A stretch of DNA of 64,000 bases from an uncultured Gemmataceae bacterium (GTDB taxonomy: Bacteria > Planctomycetota > Planctomycetia > Gemmatales > Gemmataceae): positions 3,495,877 through 3,559,876 of the forward strand of contig CAVVPN010000003.1 of NCBI GenBank assembly GCA_963750165.1, given 5' to 3'. Below, in pieces: positions 42,847-52,580 of the stretch (its first letter is position 1; each line of letters begins with the position of its first letter). The notes under the pieces are model-generated. The model was not told where the DNA came from, ran no database searches, and saw nothing but the letters and a program-made list of their open reading frames with translations. The position numbers were made by a program, and so were the translations under genes.

Positions 42847-43404
42847 TTAGCTTTTCCGGCGTTTTTTCTTCGCCGCGGTCGCTGCCGCCTCCGCCTCGGC
42901 GGTGAAGCGCTGGGCGAGTTGCAGTTCTTCCTGGAGGGACTCGGTGGCGGGGCGCGGCGAGGCGGTCGGGGCCAAACAGAACAGGTCCCACGCTTCGCCC
43001 TTGTAGCCGTGCTGGCGGACGTACCAGCGATCCTGGTCGTCCCTGGCGAGCGGGAACAGGGCACACGGGGCGGGTTTATAGCGATACTTGTCGCCCTCCG
43101 CGGCGCCGACCTTGTGCAGGACGCAGCCTTGATGGAAGAAAACGCACCAGCCGCCGACGACGCGCAGCATGGGCAAACCACCGTCCTTGCGGCGGTTGCT
43201 GACGAAGCCTTCCGCCTCGATCAGCGCACGGGCCTCGGGACGCAACTCCGGCAGGAACTTCTTGAGGTTCTTCTGGATGCGCTGTTGTTCCTCGGGGTAG
43301 ACGCCGGGCCGGCCGTTCTGGCAGCAGATGCCGTCACAGCCGCGGCCGAAAATGCACTCGTACTTCGCTTCTTCAAGGTTGACGACCGGCAGTGACTGCA
43401 ACAT
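42847..43404 (-). CDS. DUF3109/YkgJ-like Cys-cluster (putative Fe-S or Zn) protein
   Basis: CIFGRGCDGICC, CVFF...CVLH, KPAPCALFPL. Confidence 0.78.
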   Translation of the reverse strand: MLQSLPVVNLEEAKYECIFGRGCDGICCQNGRPGVYPEEQQRIQKNLKKFLPELRPEARALIEAEGFVSNRRKDGGLPMLRVVGGWCVFFHQGCVLHKVGAAEGDKYRYKPAPCALFPLARDDQDRWYVRQHGYKGEAWDLFCLAPTASPRPATESLQEELQLAQRFTAEAEAAATAAKKKRRKS

Positions 43405-43430
43405 GGCGGGACCTCCGTTTCAGATCATGC

Positions 43431-43541
43431 ATCACAAAGACACAAAGAGCACAAAGGAAAAGACAGGAGATGGGGGAAGGGTCGAAGTCTTTCCTTTCCG
43501 TTTCTGTCTTCCTTTGCCTTTGTCTTTGTGTCTTTGTGGTT
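43431..43541. repeat. Degenerate family C hairpin
   Basis: CACAAAGACACAAAGA...TCTTTGTGTCTTTGTG termini. Confidence 0.7.
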
Positions 43542-44550
43542 AACCACTCTTTCCCGAGCGCTCCAGGGCGTTCTGCACCAACTGCACCGTGAACGCGGCG
43601 TGGCTTATGCCGGCCGTCTCCAGGCCGCCGGCCACGCCCGCGTCGGGACTGAAGTCCGGGTTGGGGTTTACTTCCAGAATGTACGGCCGACCGTTGGACC
43701 GCACCCGGAAATCGACCCGGGCGTAGTCACGACAGCCCAGCAACTTGAACGCCTTGCGGCCCAGCTCCACCAACTTCTGGCCGAGCTTCTGCGTCACCGA
43801 CGCCGGGTACAGTGGCGGCGTCGCCTCATAGTCCTCAGTGCCCGGCTTCCACTTGGCGTCGTAGGTCACAATTGGCCAGAAGCCGGGCTTCTTGCTGACA
43901 AATTTAATCTCCGAAAGCGGCAGCGCCAGCAGTTGCGGCGTCTCGACCAGGGCGAGGTTGAATTCGCGGCCGTCGATGAACTGCTCGACCAGCACTGGCG
44001 CACCGTACTCGCGCAGCAGATAGGCGCAGCGCTTGAGAAGCTGTTCCTGATCGGTGACGACGCTGCCCTGGTCGAGGCCGACGCTGGCGTCCTGGGTGGC
44101 GGGCTTGACGATCACCGGCCAGGCCAGCGGGCACGGCGGCAGCGCCAGGTCCTCGACGACGAAAAAATCGGCCGTCGGCAGGCCGGCGCTGCGCAGCAGG
44201 TGCTTGGTCAGGTGCTTCATGCGGGCCAGCGACAGCGTGTGTGCCGGGCAGCCGGTGAAGGGGACGCCGAACCACTCCAGCAGCCCCGCGGCGAACGCCT
44301 CCGTCTGGTTGCGCGTGGCGGTGCCCTCGTAGAGGTTGAAGACCACGTCCGGCTTCTGGCGGCGCAACTCGGCCAACAGCACGTCTGGCTCGTAACGGAT
44401 GCCGAGGCGGCTCACGTCGTAGCCGGCGTCGTGCAGGATGCGCTGCACCGTTTCGACCGTGTAGTGGATCTCGTGCTCGGAATCCGCGTCGCGGTGGTCG
44501 GGGGACAGGACTGGTTCGTTGTGCAGGATGAGGACACGTTGCGGCGGCAT
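43540..44550 (-). CDS. ATP-grasp ligase, D-Ala-D-Ala ligase-like (second copy)
   Basis: VFNLYEG, VKPATQDASVG, EQFIDGRE, RVDFR, LEVNPNP. Confidence 0.88.
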   Translation of the reverse strand: MPPQRVLILHNEPVLSPDHRDADSEHEIHYTVETVQRILHDAGYDVSRLGIRYEPDVLLAELRRQKPDVVFNLYEGTATRNQTEAFAAGLLEWFGVPFTGCPAHTLSLARMKHLTKHLLRSAGLPTADFFVVEDLALPPCPLAWPVIVKPATQDASVGLDQGSVVTDQEQLLKRCAYLLREYGAPVLVEQFIDGREFNLALVETPQLLALPLSEIKFVSKKPGFWPIVTYDAKWKPGTEDYEATPPLYPASVTQKLGQKLVELGRKAFKLLGCRDYARVDFRVRSNGRPYILEVNPNPDFSPDAGVAGGLETAGISHAAFTVQLVQNALERSGKSG

Positions 44551-44709
44551 ACCAACACCTGGAGGAAAAAAGTACCCTAGCCCGGGACCACGGACTGCGC
44601 TGCGGTGTTGACGGCCCCGGCTTCCACGGAGAATACGCCATGTAACCACGAAGACAGCGCGGACACAATGCGGATCGGTCACGGGCGCTGGGAAAACCAC
44701 GAAAATCGT

Positions 44710-45912
44710 TCAGGCGGGGTGTATGGGGCGGGTTGTGCGGGCGTGGCGCTCCAGGGCGGCGGTCAAAATGGCCTCGACCAGCTGCGGGTACGACCAGCGC
44801 AGTTGCTCGGCCATCAACACCAGGTCGCTGGAATCGGGGCTCAGGCCCGGCAGGGGGTTCACCTCCAGAAAATAGGGCACATCGCCGCGCAGCCGGAAAT
44901 CGACGCGCGACACGTCCCGGCAGCCGAGCGCCCGATGGGCGGTCAGGGCCGCCCGCTCCACCGCCGCGGTGGCCGCCGGCGACAGCTGCGCCGGGCACTC
45001 GTAGGTCACCTGGCGACGGAAGTCGCGCTTCACCTCCAGGCTGTAGACAAAATGCGCCGTCGGCCGGTTCGGCACCACGCGCATGACGCCGAAGATGTGC
45101 GGCGGCTCGTTGCCGAGGATGCCCACTGTCAGTTCGTCGCCGACGATGAATTCTTCCACGAGCAGCGGCTGCCGGTGGTCGCGCCACAGCGACTCGACCA
45201 CCGCCCGCAGTTCGGCCCGGTCGTGGACCAGGCAGCGGTTGCGGATGCCCTTGCTCGAACCCTCCCAGGCCGGCTTGACGATGGCGGGGAAGGGGATCGC
45301 CGCCTCTTCAATCCTCCCGGCGAGCGCATCGGCCACGTAGGACGGCTCTCCAGAGCCGTTGAGCACGTAGGACGGCTCTCCAGAGCCGTTGAGCACGTAG
45401 GACGGCTCTCCAGAGCCGTTGAGCACGTAGGATGGCTCTCCAGAGCCGTTGAGACGGCTCTGGAGAGCCGTCCTACGTGAATCTGGCTCCAGCACCACCC
45501 CCGGCGGCACCGGCACGCCGGCCGACGCCACCAGACGCCTGGCACAATCCTTGTCCAGGGTGACGGCCAGGGTCAGCGGGTCGGAGCCGCTGTAGGGGAT
45601 GCCGAGCATCTCCAGCACCGCCGGCACCCGCGCCTCTCGTGAGCGGCTGACGCCCTGGCCCTCCGCGAGGTTGAACACGAAGTCCGGTGGGTCCGCCAGC
45701 AGCCGTTCAAGCAGTTCGCGGCCGTCGCTGAGCTTCACGACCTCGTGGCCCAGCCCCCGCAGCACGGATGCCAACGACTCGATGGTCGCGGGGCTGTCGT
45801 ATTCTTCCTGAAAGTCGTCCGGCACCGCTTCTCGCGCTTGCACTTCTGAGCCCGAAGCGCAAGCGCGGGAAGCAGAATCGACTTTCAGATCGAAGGTGAT
45901 GCCGATCCTCAT
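44710..45912 (-). CDS. ATP-grasp ligase, D-Ala-D-Ala ligase-like (first copy), carrying two in-frame repeat insertions
   Basis: VFNLAEG, SREARVP, VKPAWEGSSKG, EEFIVGDE, RVDFR, LEVNPLPGL; ATGA overlap with kamA. Confidence 0.88.
   Translation of the reverse strand: MRIGITFDLKVDSASRACASGSEVQAREAVPDDFQEEYDSPATIESLASVLRGLGHEVVKLSDGRELLERLLADPPDFVFNLAEGQGVSRSREARVPAVLEMLGIPYSGSDPLTLAVTLDKDCARRLVASAGVPVPPGVVLEPDSRRTALQSRLNGSGEPSYVLNGSGEPSYVLNGSGEPSYVLNGSGEPSYVADALAGRIEEAAIPFPAIVKPAWEGSSKGIRNRCLVHDRAELRAVVESLWRDHRQPLLVEEFIVGDELTVGILGNEPPHIFGVMRVVPNRPTAHFVYSLEVKRDFRRQVTYECPAQLSPAATAAVERAALTAHRALGCRDVSRVDFRLRGDVPYFLEVNPLPGLSPDSSDLVLMAEQLRWSYPQLVEAILTAALERHARTTRPIHPA
45334..45479. repeat. In-frame tandem array of GTAG-type REP units
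   Basis: 4 x CACGTAGGACGGCTCTCCAGAGCCGTTGAG (30 nt) followed by one inverted copy. Confidence 0.9.
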
Positions 45913-47459
45913 CCGTGCAGGCTCTCACCGTTGGTGTTCAGAACGAGCAGTTCCTTGCGGTGGCCGTTGGTGTGGCCGTTCACGCCGTTGCCGTGCGCGT
46001 GGCCGTTGACCCCGTTGCCACCGTGACCGTTCGTGTGAGTGTGCGCTTCAGTATGATGATCGGCCCCACCCCCGCCGCAACAACCGTTGCCGTGGTGGAC
46101 GCCGTTGGTGCCGTTCACGGCCGGCACGGCCTCGTCTGGCTGCTGCAGCGCCCGCCGCCGGGCCATGCGCTCGTTGTCCTCGGGCACCAGGACCGTCTTG
46201 CTGCCCTGCAGCAGGGCGCTGACGCCGCGCGTTGCCGTCGGCTGGGCGTTGCCCGGCTTGTCCTCCGCCTGGTAGCGGATCAACTGGCCCTCGTAGTTGC
46301 GGAGCACGACCGCGTCGTCCGCCATCGACACCAGGTAGTTCGGCATCATCGGAATCTTGCCGCCGCCGTGCGGGCTGTCCACGACGTAGGTCGGGATGCC
46401 CAGGCCGGACATGTGGCCGCGCAGCCCCTCAATGATCTCCAACCCCTTCCAGACCGACGTGCGGAAGTGGCCGGCACCGATCACCGGGTCGCAGTGGAAG
46501 ATGTAGTACGGCCGCACCTTGATGCGCAACAGGGCCCGCATCAGCTTCCGCATCGTCTCGACCGAGTCGTTGACGCCGCGGAGCAGCACGGACTGGTTGT
46601 TGACCGGCATGCCGGCCCGCAGCAGTTCTTTGCAAACGCGGGCCGCCTCGGGCGTGATCTCGCGCGGGTGGTTGAAGTGCGTCTGAATCCACACCTTCTC
46701 CGCCGAGGCCAGCAGGTCGATCAGTTCCTGATCGAACAGTTTCTGCGGCAGCGTCACCGGCACGCGCGTGCCGATGCGCACCACGTCCACGTGCTTGATT
46801 TCACGAAGGTTGTCGAGGAAGAACTTCAGCTTGGCGACCGGCAGCGTCAGCGGATCGCCGCCGGAGACAATGACATCGCGGATCTCCGGGTGGTTGCGGA
46901 TGTAGTCCATGGCCCGCTCATCGTCCCGGCTGACCGCGTCCCAGCCGCCGCGCACCATCGTGGCCCGCTTGCGCGTGCAGAAGCGGCAGTACATGGTGCA
47001 GACGTGCGTGGTGATGAGCAGAACCCGATCCGGGTAGCGGTGCGTCAGGCCCGGCACCGGCATGTCCTTGTCCTCTTCGAGCGGGTCTTCCAGCTCGTAG
47101 CCGGACGGGTTGTTCGCCTCCAGCGGCGAGGTGACGGACTGCAACCGGATGGGATCGCATGGGTCGTCGGGATTGATGAGCGAGAAGTAGTACGGCGGGA
47201 TGGCGAGCTTGTACTCGGCCTCCAGGGAGCCGATGGCTTCGAGTTCTTCCGGGGAGAAGGGCAGAAGGTCTCGGAGCTGTCGGACGCTGCGGATGGCGTT
47301 TTGCGATTGCCACCGCCAGTCGGTCCACTGCCGCTCGGGAACGTCGCGCCAGAGCGGATGGCGGCGCGGCTTACCGGGAGGTTCTTCTTCGTCGAATCCG
47401 TTGACCGTGTCGGTCACAGAGCGAGGGTCGAGCCCGGTCCGCTCTTCGGTTTCGTTCAT
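45909..47459 (-). CDS. kamA: KamA-family radical SAM enzyme (lysine 2,3-aminomutase)
   Basis: WTDWRWQ, HRYPDR, CTMYCRFCTR, SGGDPL, THFNHP, GGGKIP (PLP lysine); the start may be 47513. Confidence 0.92.
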   Translation of the reverse strand: MNETEERTGLDPRSVTDTVNGFDEEEPPGKPRRHPLWRDVPERQWTDWRWQSQNAIRSVRQLRDLLPFSPEELEAIGSLEAEYKLAIPPYYFSLINPDDPCDPIRLQSVTSPLEANNPSGYELEDPLEEDKDMPVPGLTHRYPDRVLLITTHVCTMYCRFCTRKRATMVRGGWDAVSRDDERAMDYIRNHPEIRDVIVSGGDPLTLPVAKLKFFLDNLREIKHVDVVRIGTRVPVTLPQKLFDQELIDLLASAEKVWIQTHFNHPREITPEAARVCKELLRAGMPVNNQSVLLRGVNDSVETMRKLMRALLRIKVRPYYIFHCDPVIGAGHFRTSVWKGLEIIEGLRGHMSGLGIPTYVVDSPHGGGKIPMMPNYLVSMADDAVVLRNYEGQLIRYQAEDKPGNAQPTATRGVSALLQGSKTVLVPEDNERMARRRALQQPDEAVPAVNGTNGVHHGNGCCGGGGADHHTEAHTHTNGHGGNGVNGHAHGNGVNGHTNGHRKELLVLNTNGESLHG

Positions 47460-47916
47460 CGGTTCCAATCGCCTCCATTGAACACGGATTGTGTGGCCCG
47501 GTCGGTTGCTCATCGAAGCTCACAGCTGCGGGTGCCGTGGACCGCACCACAACGCTTAAATGCCGAATCCTACTGTGCTGTTCCCAAAATACAAGAGCTA
47601 CCGAGGCCGATTTAGACGATTTCTCCCAAGAAATCGTCAGATGTCGCCTTTTTCGGTTAAATCGAGCGCGACCGGTGTGCCTTGCCACGCTTCCCCGGCT
47701 TCGGGACGGCCTTCCGGGAAATCATTGTAGGCCCGGTAAATCATGCGCTGTCTGCCCAGTTAGAGGTCACCATCGGCAGCACCCCGGCGCGAGATTGACT
47801 CAACTTTTTCCCGCGCCGTCAAACCGCCATCGCCGCGCCCGAGCGACCGCCCCGCACGACAGGAGTCGCCCAGGTCGGCGAGGTTTACTTGCAAACGTCG
47901 TTCCCGAACAGTCCAG

Positions 47917-48011
47917 GCGAGCGGGGTCGCGTCAGCGCCTCGTGTGTGCACGAGCGGGGTCGCGTCAGCGCCCCGTGGTCATGCACGGGGCGCTGACGCG
48001 ACCCCGCTCGC
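47917..48011. repeat. REP-like cluster (family G): two direct units plus one inverted
   Basis: GAGCGGGGTCGCGTCAGCGCCYCGTG x2, then CACGGGGCGCTGACGCGACCCCGCTC. Confidence 0.85.
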
Positions 48012-48061
48012 CTGAGCGTTGCCGCTGGATTCCGCCGCGGCGGCCGTTTACACTGGGCCAC

Positions 48062-49554
48062 ATGAGCACACCGACCTCCACCGCTGTCACCGCCCGCCCG
48101 TCGAACCCCGGCCTGGTCCGCGCCCTGGGGCCGCTGATCTCCACCGCCATCGTCATCGGCACCGTCATCGGCACGGGTGTCTTCGTCAAGCGCACGGCGT
48201 CGCCAAGAGTGTCGATTCGTTCTTCCTGACGGCGGTTGCCTGGGTGCTGGGCGGCACCCTGGCGCTGTTCGGATCGCTGGCCTACGCCGAGATCGCGGTG
48301 CTGTACCCGCGGGCCGGCGGCAACTACGTCTTCCTCCGCGAGGGCTACGGCCGGCTGGCCGGCTTCCTGTGGGGTTGGGTCGAGTTCTGGATCATCCGCA
48401 CTGGCTCGCTCGCGGCCCTGGCGACGATGTTCACCCGGTCCCTGCACCAGGTGCTGCGCGAACTGCTGTCCCCTCGTGGGGAGGCGCTGCTGGAACCGTG
48501 GCTGGAAATCCTCCTGACCCTGCTCGTCCTGGTCGGACTGGCGCTCGTGAACGTGCGTGGCGTCCGGTGGGGCGGGGTTGTACAGCTTCTCATCACCACG
48601 GTCAAGGTGGTTTCGCTGCTCGCCATCCTGCTGCTGCCGTTCGCGGCCCTGGCCTTCCTCCCCACCGACTCCTCCAGCCGGCCGAGCACCGAGCATCTGC
48701 AACCCGTCTGGCCGACCTCTTTCGCCTGGAACATGCTGGCCGGCTTCGGCGCCGCGGTGCTGGCGGTGCAGTGGGCCTACCACGGCTGGATGAACATCGC
48801 TCCGGTGGCCGGCGAGATCGCCCAGCCGCAGCGCAACATCCCGCTGGCGCTGCTGGCCGGCATCGCCACCATCATTGTGTTGTACCTGGGCGCCAACCTG
48901 GCCTACTGCCTGGTGCTGCCCCACGACGAACTGGTCAGGTCCACGAACGAGCGGACGGTGGAGGCGTTCGCGCGGGCGTTGCTGGGGTCGGCCGGGGCGG
49001 CCCTGGCGGCGGCGGCGCTGATGGTCTCGGCGTTCGGGGCGCTGAACGGCAACCTGCTGGTCGGGCCGCGGTTGCTGTACGCCATGGGCGAGGACCGCAT
49101 GGTGCCGGAGGCGCTGGCCCGCGTCCACCCGCACTTCCGCACGCCGGTGCTGTCCATCTTGTTGATGACGGCCTGGGCGTGTCTGCTGGTCGTTGCCGCC
49201 CCGGTCTTCAAGGCCCTGGGCTGGCTGAAGCCGGGGGTCGATGTCTTCGACCAGCTGACCGACTACGCCATGTTTGGCGCCGTGCTGTTCGAGACGCTCG
49301 CGGTCAGCACGATCTTCGTCTTCCGCCGCCGCTTCCCCGACGCCGTCCGCCCGTACCGCTGCCCCGGCTACCCGGTGGTGCCGGCGGTGTACGTGGTGCT
49401 GCTGGCGCTGGTGGCGGTGAGCGTGTTCGTCAATGACGCGCGCCTGGCGCTGACTGGCGTCGTGTTCATCGCCGTGGGCGGCCTGGTCTACTTCTTCTTC
49501 CTGCGCCCCTCCGACCCGACGCCCGCACCCCAGGAACTGGTCAAGATGGGGTAG
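48062..49554 (+). CDS. APC-superfamily amino acid permease (frameshift near 48191)
   Basis: GTVIGTGVF TM1 in one frame; YAEIAVLYPRAGG, WAYHGW, GEI-PQRNIP, RPYRCPGYP in the other. Confidence 0.9.
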
Positions 49555-49560
49555 TTCTTT

Positions 49561-49618
49561 CGTGGGGCAGGCTTTCCAGCCTGCCGAGGGACCGGCAGGC
49601 TGGAAAGCCTGCCCCACG
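49561..49618. repeat. REP-like palindrome (family E, full doublet)
   Basis: CGTGGGGCAGGCTTTCCAGCCTGCCG-AGGGAC-CGGCAGGCTGGAAAGCCTGCCCCACG. Confidence 0.88.
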
Positions 49619-49700
49619 AACCATGCCGGTTGCAGCACCTCTGCCGATTTTGCCGATAACTAAAAGCGGGTCGCCCGCGATTCCGGCGGAGGATGGCTTC

Positions 49701-50684
49701 ATGAGGACTCGCCGCGCCCCCGTGTGGTTCGGGCTGCTGGTACTGCTGGGCGGCTGTTCGAGCGGGCCGGGCAACCAGTTGACGCTGTTCCCGCAACGGC
49801 ACACCCTGTTGGAGTCCGCCAAGAACATCCGCCAGCAGTACGCCGGGACGCTGCCGCTGCCGCGCGAGCTGGACATGGGCGTGCAGCCGGCCTACACCGT
49901 CGAGCCCGGCGACACGCTGCTGGTGGTGCCCGTCAACCTGGATTCGCCGGCGCGGTTGCCCGGCGACCAGCCCGTGCTGATCGACGGCACCATCAACCTG
50001 GGCCAGTACGGTCTGCTTGAGGTCGCCGGCAAGACGGTGCCGGAGATCGAGGCGCTGGTGAGCCAGGCGGTCGCGCTGAAGACGAAGGACGCCGGGCCGA
50101 TCACCGTGCGCGTGGTGACGCGGCAGAGCAAGGTGTATTACGTCCTGGGCGAGGTGAACTCACCAGGCGCCTTTCCGTTGCAGGGCCGCGAAAAGGTGCT
50201 CGACGGCATCCTCGCCGCCGGCGGCCTGAACGACCGGGCGTCGAAAATCAACATCATCCTGTCGCGGCCGACGCCGGCGGCCAGTTGCCGGATCGTGCTG
50301 CCAATCTGCTACCGCGAAATCGTGCAGCTGGCGGACCCGACGACGAATTATCAGCTGGCACCCGGCGACCGCATTTACGTCGCCACGCGCGCCTTCGGCG
50401 AGGACCTGTTCAACTGCCGCCACGAGCGGACGCCGTGCGGCTGTGGTCCGCAGGTGGCCTGCCCGCTCGGCGCCGCGCCGCCGGGAGTACCTTTCCGCGG
50501 CGTGGACGTGACGCCGCCCGGCCCCGTCCCCCCGACCCCGATCCTCGGCCCGCCCGTGTCCCTCCCGGAGCCGCCCGCCCAGCCCGCTGCGACCCCCTCC
50601 CTGCCGCTGATGCCGCAGTACACGGCGCCCGGCGGTCAGCTTCGTTCCGCGGTGGACGCCGCGCCGCTGATGGAGTTTCGTTGA
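49701..50684 (+). CDS. Polysaccharide export (Wza-like, Poly_export + SLBB) lipoprotein
   Basis: Lipobox LLGGC, YTVEPGDTL, DGTINL...G...VAGKT, VLGEVNSPG, AAGGL. Confidence 0.85.
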   Translation: MRTRRAPVWFGLLVLLGGCSSGPGNQLTLFPQRHTLLESAKNIRQQYAGTLPLPRELDMGVQPAYTVEPGDTLLVVPVNLDSPARLPGDQPVLIDGTINLGQYGLLEVAGKTVPEIEALVSQAVALKTKDAGPITVRVVTRQSKVYYVLGEVNSPGAFPLQGREKVLDGILAAGGLNDRASKINIILSRPTPAASCRIVLPICYREIVQLADPTTNYQLAPGDRIYVATRAFGEDLFNCRHERTPCGCGPQVACPLGAAPPGVPFRGVDVTPPGPVPPTPILGPPVSLPEPPAQPAATPSLPLMPQYTAPGGQLRSAVDAAPLMEFR

Positions 50685-50745
50685 GTCCGAGCCCGAGCGC
50701 CAGCGCGGGGCACAGCAGGCCCCGCGCTGGCGCTCGGGCTCGGAC
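50685..50745. repeat. REP-like palindrome (family B)
   Basis: 27-bp perfect arms GTCCGAGCCCGAGCGCCAGCGCGGGGC. Confidence 0.85.
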
Positions 50746-50843
50746 CACCAAGCACCTTGCGACGCCGGCGGCACCTTCTATATATTGGAGGGTGGGGGCG
50801 GAACGCTGTCCCCCGTCAAACCAGCTTCTCAGGTGTCATCCCC

Positions 50844-51400
50844 ATGCGCCAGTGGTTTCGCAACATTTACGTGGCCGTGAACACGGTTGCCCAGGGGATG
50901 TGGATCACCCTCTGGTACTTCCTGCAGACGTACAAGCGCCAAACCTTCACGCAGCACTTCGAGTACCCCGAACTGCCCGTGCCGGTCAAGCCGCGCTACC
51001 GTGGCTTCCACCGCTTTGACCTGACCACCTGCATCGGCTGCGACAAGTGCGCCCGCGCCTGTCCGGTCGATTGCATCTACATCGAGAAGGTGAAAAACCC
51101 GGTCGGCAAGGGCTTCCGCGTCAACGGCTTCAAGATCGACTACACCAAGTGCATGTTTTGCGCCTGTGCGTGGACCCCTGCCCGGTCGATTGCATCTTCA
51201 TGGGCTCGACCTACGACCAGAGTTGTTTCAGCCGGGACGGCTGCATTGTCGATTTCGCGCGGCTACCGCTGGAGACGGCGTGGGGCCAGGCGACCTTGAA
51301 CCCGACCGCAGTGGCGGCGTCGAAGCTGGCCACCGAGCCGGTCTGGACCAAACCGCCCGACCCCCCGGCTCCCGCGAAGCCGGCCGCCGCCAAGCCATAG
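50844..51400 (+). CDS. nuoI: NADH-quinone oxidoreductase subunit I (frameshift near 51164)
   Basis: RYRGFH, CIGCDKCARACP and CMFCA-L-CVDPCP (two 4Fe-4S motifs once 1 nt is restored). Confidence 0.9.
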
Positions 51401-51431
51401 CCGCCACCGCCCGCGGAGAGAGAGGGTTGCC

Positions 51432-51863
51432 ATGAAAGCGTCCAAGCGCCCTGCCAGGACCAAGAAGTATTTCACGCCAGCGGAGGCCAACGCCACCCTG
51501 CCGCTGCTGCGCTCGATCCTGCGAGACGTGACCGAACTGGCCCGCGATCTGCAAGACCGGCACGAACGCCTCGCCCGGGTGCGCAGCCATCAGAAGGCGG
51601 TCATGGACGAGGCTCACCGCGAGGAGTTGCTGCAAATCGAGCAGGAGTTCGAGCACGGCAAGGAGCGCATGCAGGCATTCCTTGACGAGCTGCAACAACT
51701 CGGCGTCGAACTGAAGGACCCGCTGACCGGCCTGGTGGATTTTCGCAGTCAGATGCAGGGCCGCGAAGTGTACCTGTGCTGGCGGTTGGGTGAACCGGAG
51801 GTGGCCTACTGGCACGAACTGGACGCCGGCTTCACGGGCCGGCAGCGGCTATTGCTGAAATGA
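51432..51863 (+). CDS. DUF2203 family protein
   Basis: FTPAEANATLP...GVELKD...GLVDF...VYLCWRLGE...WH...GF.GRQ. Confidence 0.85.
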   Translation: MKASKRPARTKKYFTPAEANATLPLLRSILRDVTELARDLQDRHERLARVRSHQKAVMDEAHREELLQIEQEFEHGKERMQAFLDELQQLGVELKDPLTGLVDFRSQMQGREVYLCWRLGEPEVAYWHELDAGFTGRQRLLLK

Positions 51864-51933
51864 TGAATGATGAATGACGAATAAAATCCCCTGCTGTCTT
51901 TTATTCATCATTCAAAAAATTGGGGACGCTGAC

Positions 51934-52524
51934 ATGACCGTACTGGTCTTCTTTCTGCTGGTGTTCGTGGCGGTCGCGGTCTTCTTTTTGTTCTTCCATT
52001 TGATGCTTGGCACACTGGTGCGGCCCATCAAGCCGGACCCGGACAAGCTGACCATTTACGAGTGCGGCGAGCCGACCATCGGCAGCGCCTGGATTCAGTT
52101 CGACCTGCGCTACTACGTGGTGGCGCTGCTGTTCGTCATTTTCGACGTGGAAGTGGCCTTCTTCTTCCCCTGGGCGACGGTTTTCGGCAAGACGACCACG
52201 CTCGCCCAGGAGAACCTGTCCGACAAGGACCGTGCGGCCATCACGGCCGAGTTGCAGCCGGGCAAGCAGCCGGCGCTGCCAGGCACCGAGACGAAGGCCA
52301 TCGAGCCGGGCGTGGCGCAGCAGTTCGCCTGGATCGCGATGATTGACCTGCTGATCTTCTTCGGCGTGCTGCTGGTGGGCTTCGCGTACCTGTGGCGGCG
52401 CGGCGACATCGACTGGGTGCGCAGCGTCACGGCGGAGCAAGTGGTCGGCGAGGTCGCCCCGAGCGGCGCCCCGCCACTGCCGGCCGCGGAACAGAAACGG
52501 CCCCTGGTTGGGGCGGGAAGTTAG
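51934..52524 (+). CDS. nuoA: NADH-quinone oxidoreductase subunit A
   Basis: [33 protein letters not shown]. Confidence 0.93.
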   Translation: MTVLVFFLLVFVAVAVFFLFFHLMLGTLVRPIKPDPDKLTIYECGEPTIGSAWIQFDLRYYVVALLFVIFDVEVAFFFPWATVFGKTTTLAQENLSDKDRAAITAELQPGKQPALPGTETKAIEPGVAQQFAWIAMIDLLIFFGVLLVGFAYLWRRGDIDWVRSVTAEQVVGEVAPSGAPPLPAAEQKRPLVGAGS

Positions 52525-52532
52525 TTCTTTCA

Positions 52533-52562
52533 CGTGGGGCAGGCTTTCCAGCCTGCCCCACG
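52533..52562. repeat. REP-like palindrome (family E, contracted)
   Basis: Identical to 33729-33758. Confidence 0.85.
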
Positions 52563-52580
52563 ACAAGAGGAGATACCTAC

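Noticed and set aside
45334..45479. CRISPR array
   Set aside because: The 30-nt units are contiguous with no unique spacers, lie in frame within a gene, and no cas genes are present.
43540..45912. Housekeeping ddl genes
   Set aside because: They lack the GGxSxE N-terminal motif and any mur/dcw context, and occur as a pair tied to kamA.
45909..47459. EpmB (EF-P modification enzyme)
   Set aside because: Longer LAM-type protein with the WxDWxWQ N-terminus; no efp or epmA adjacent.
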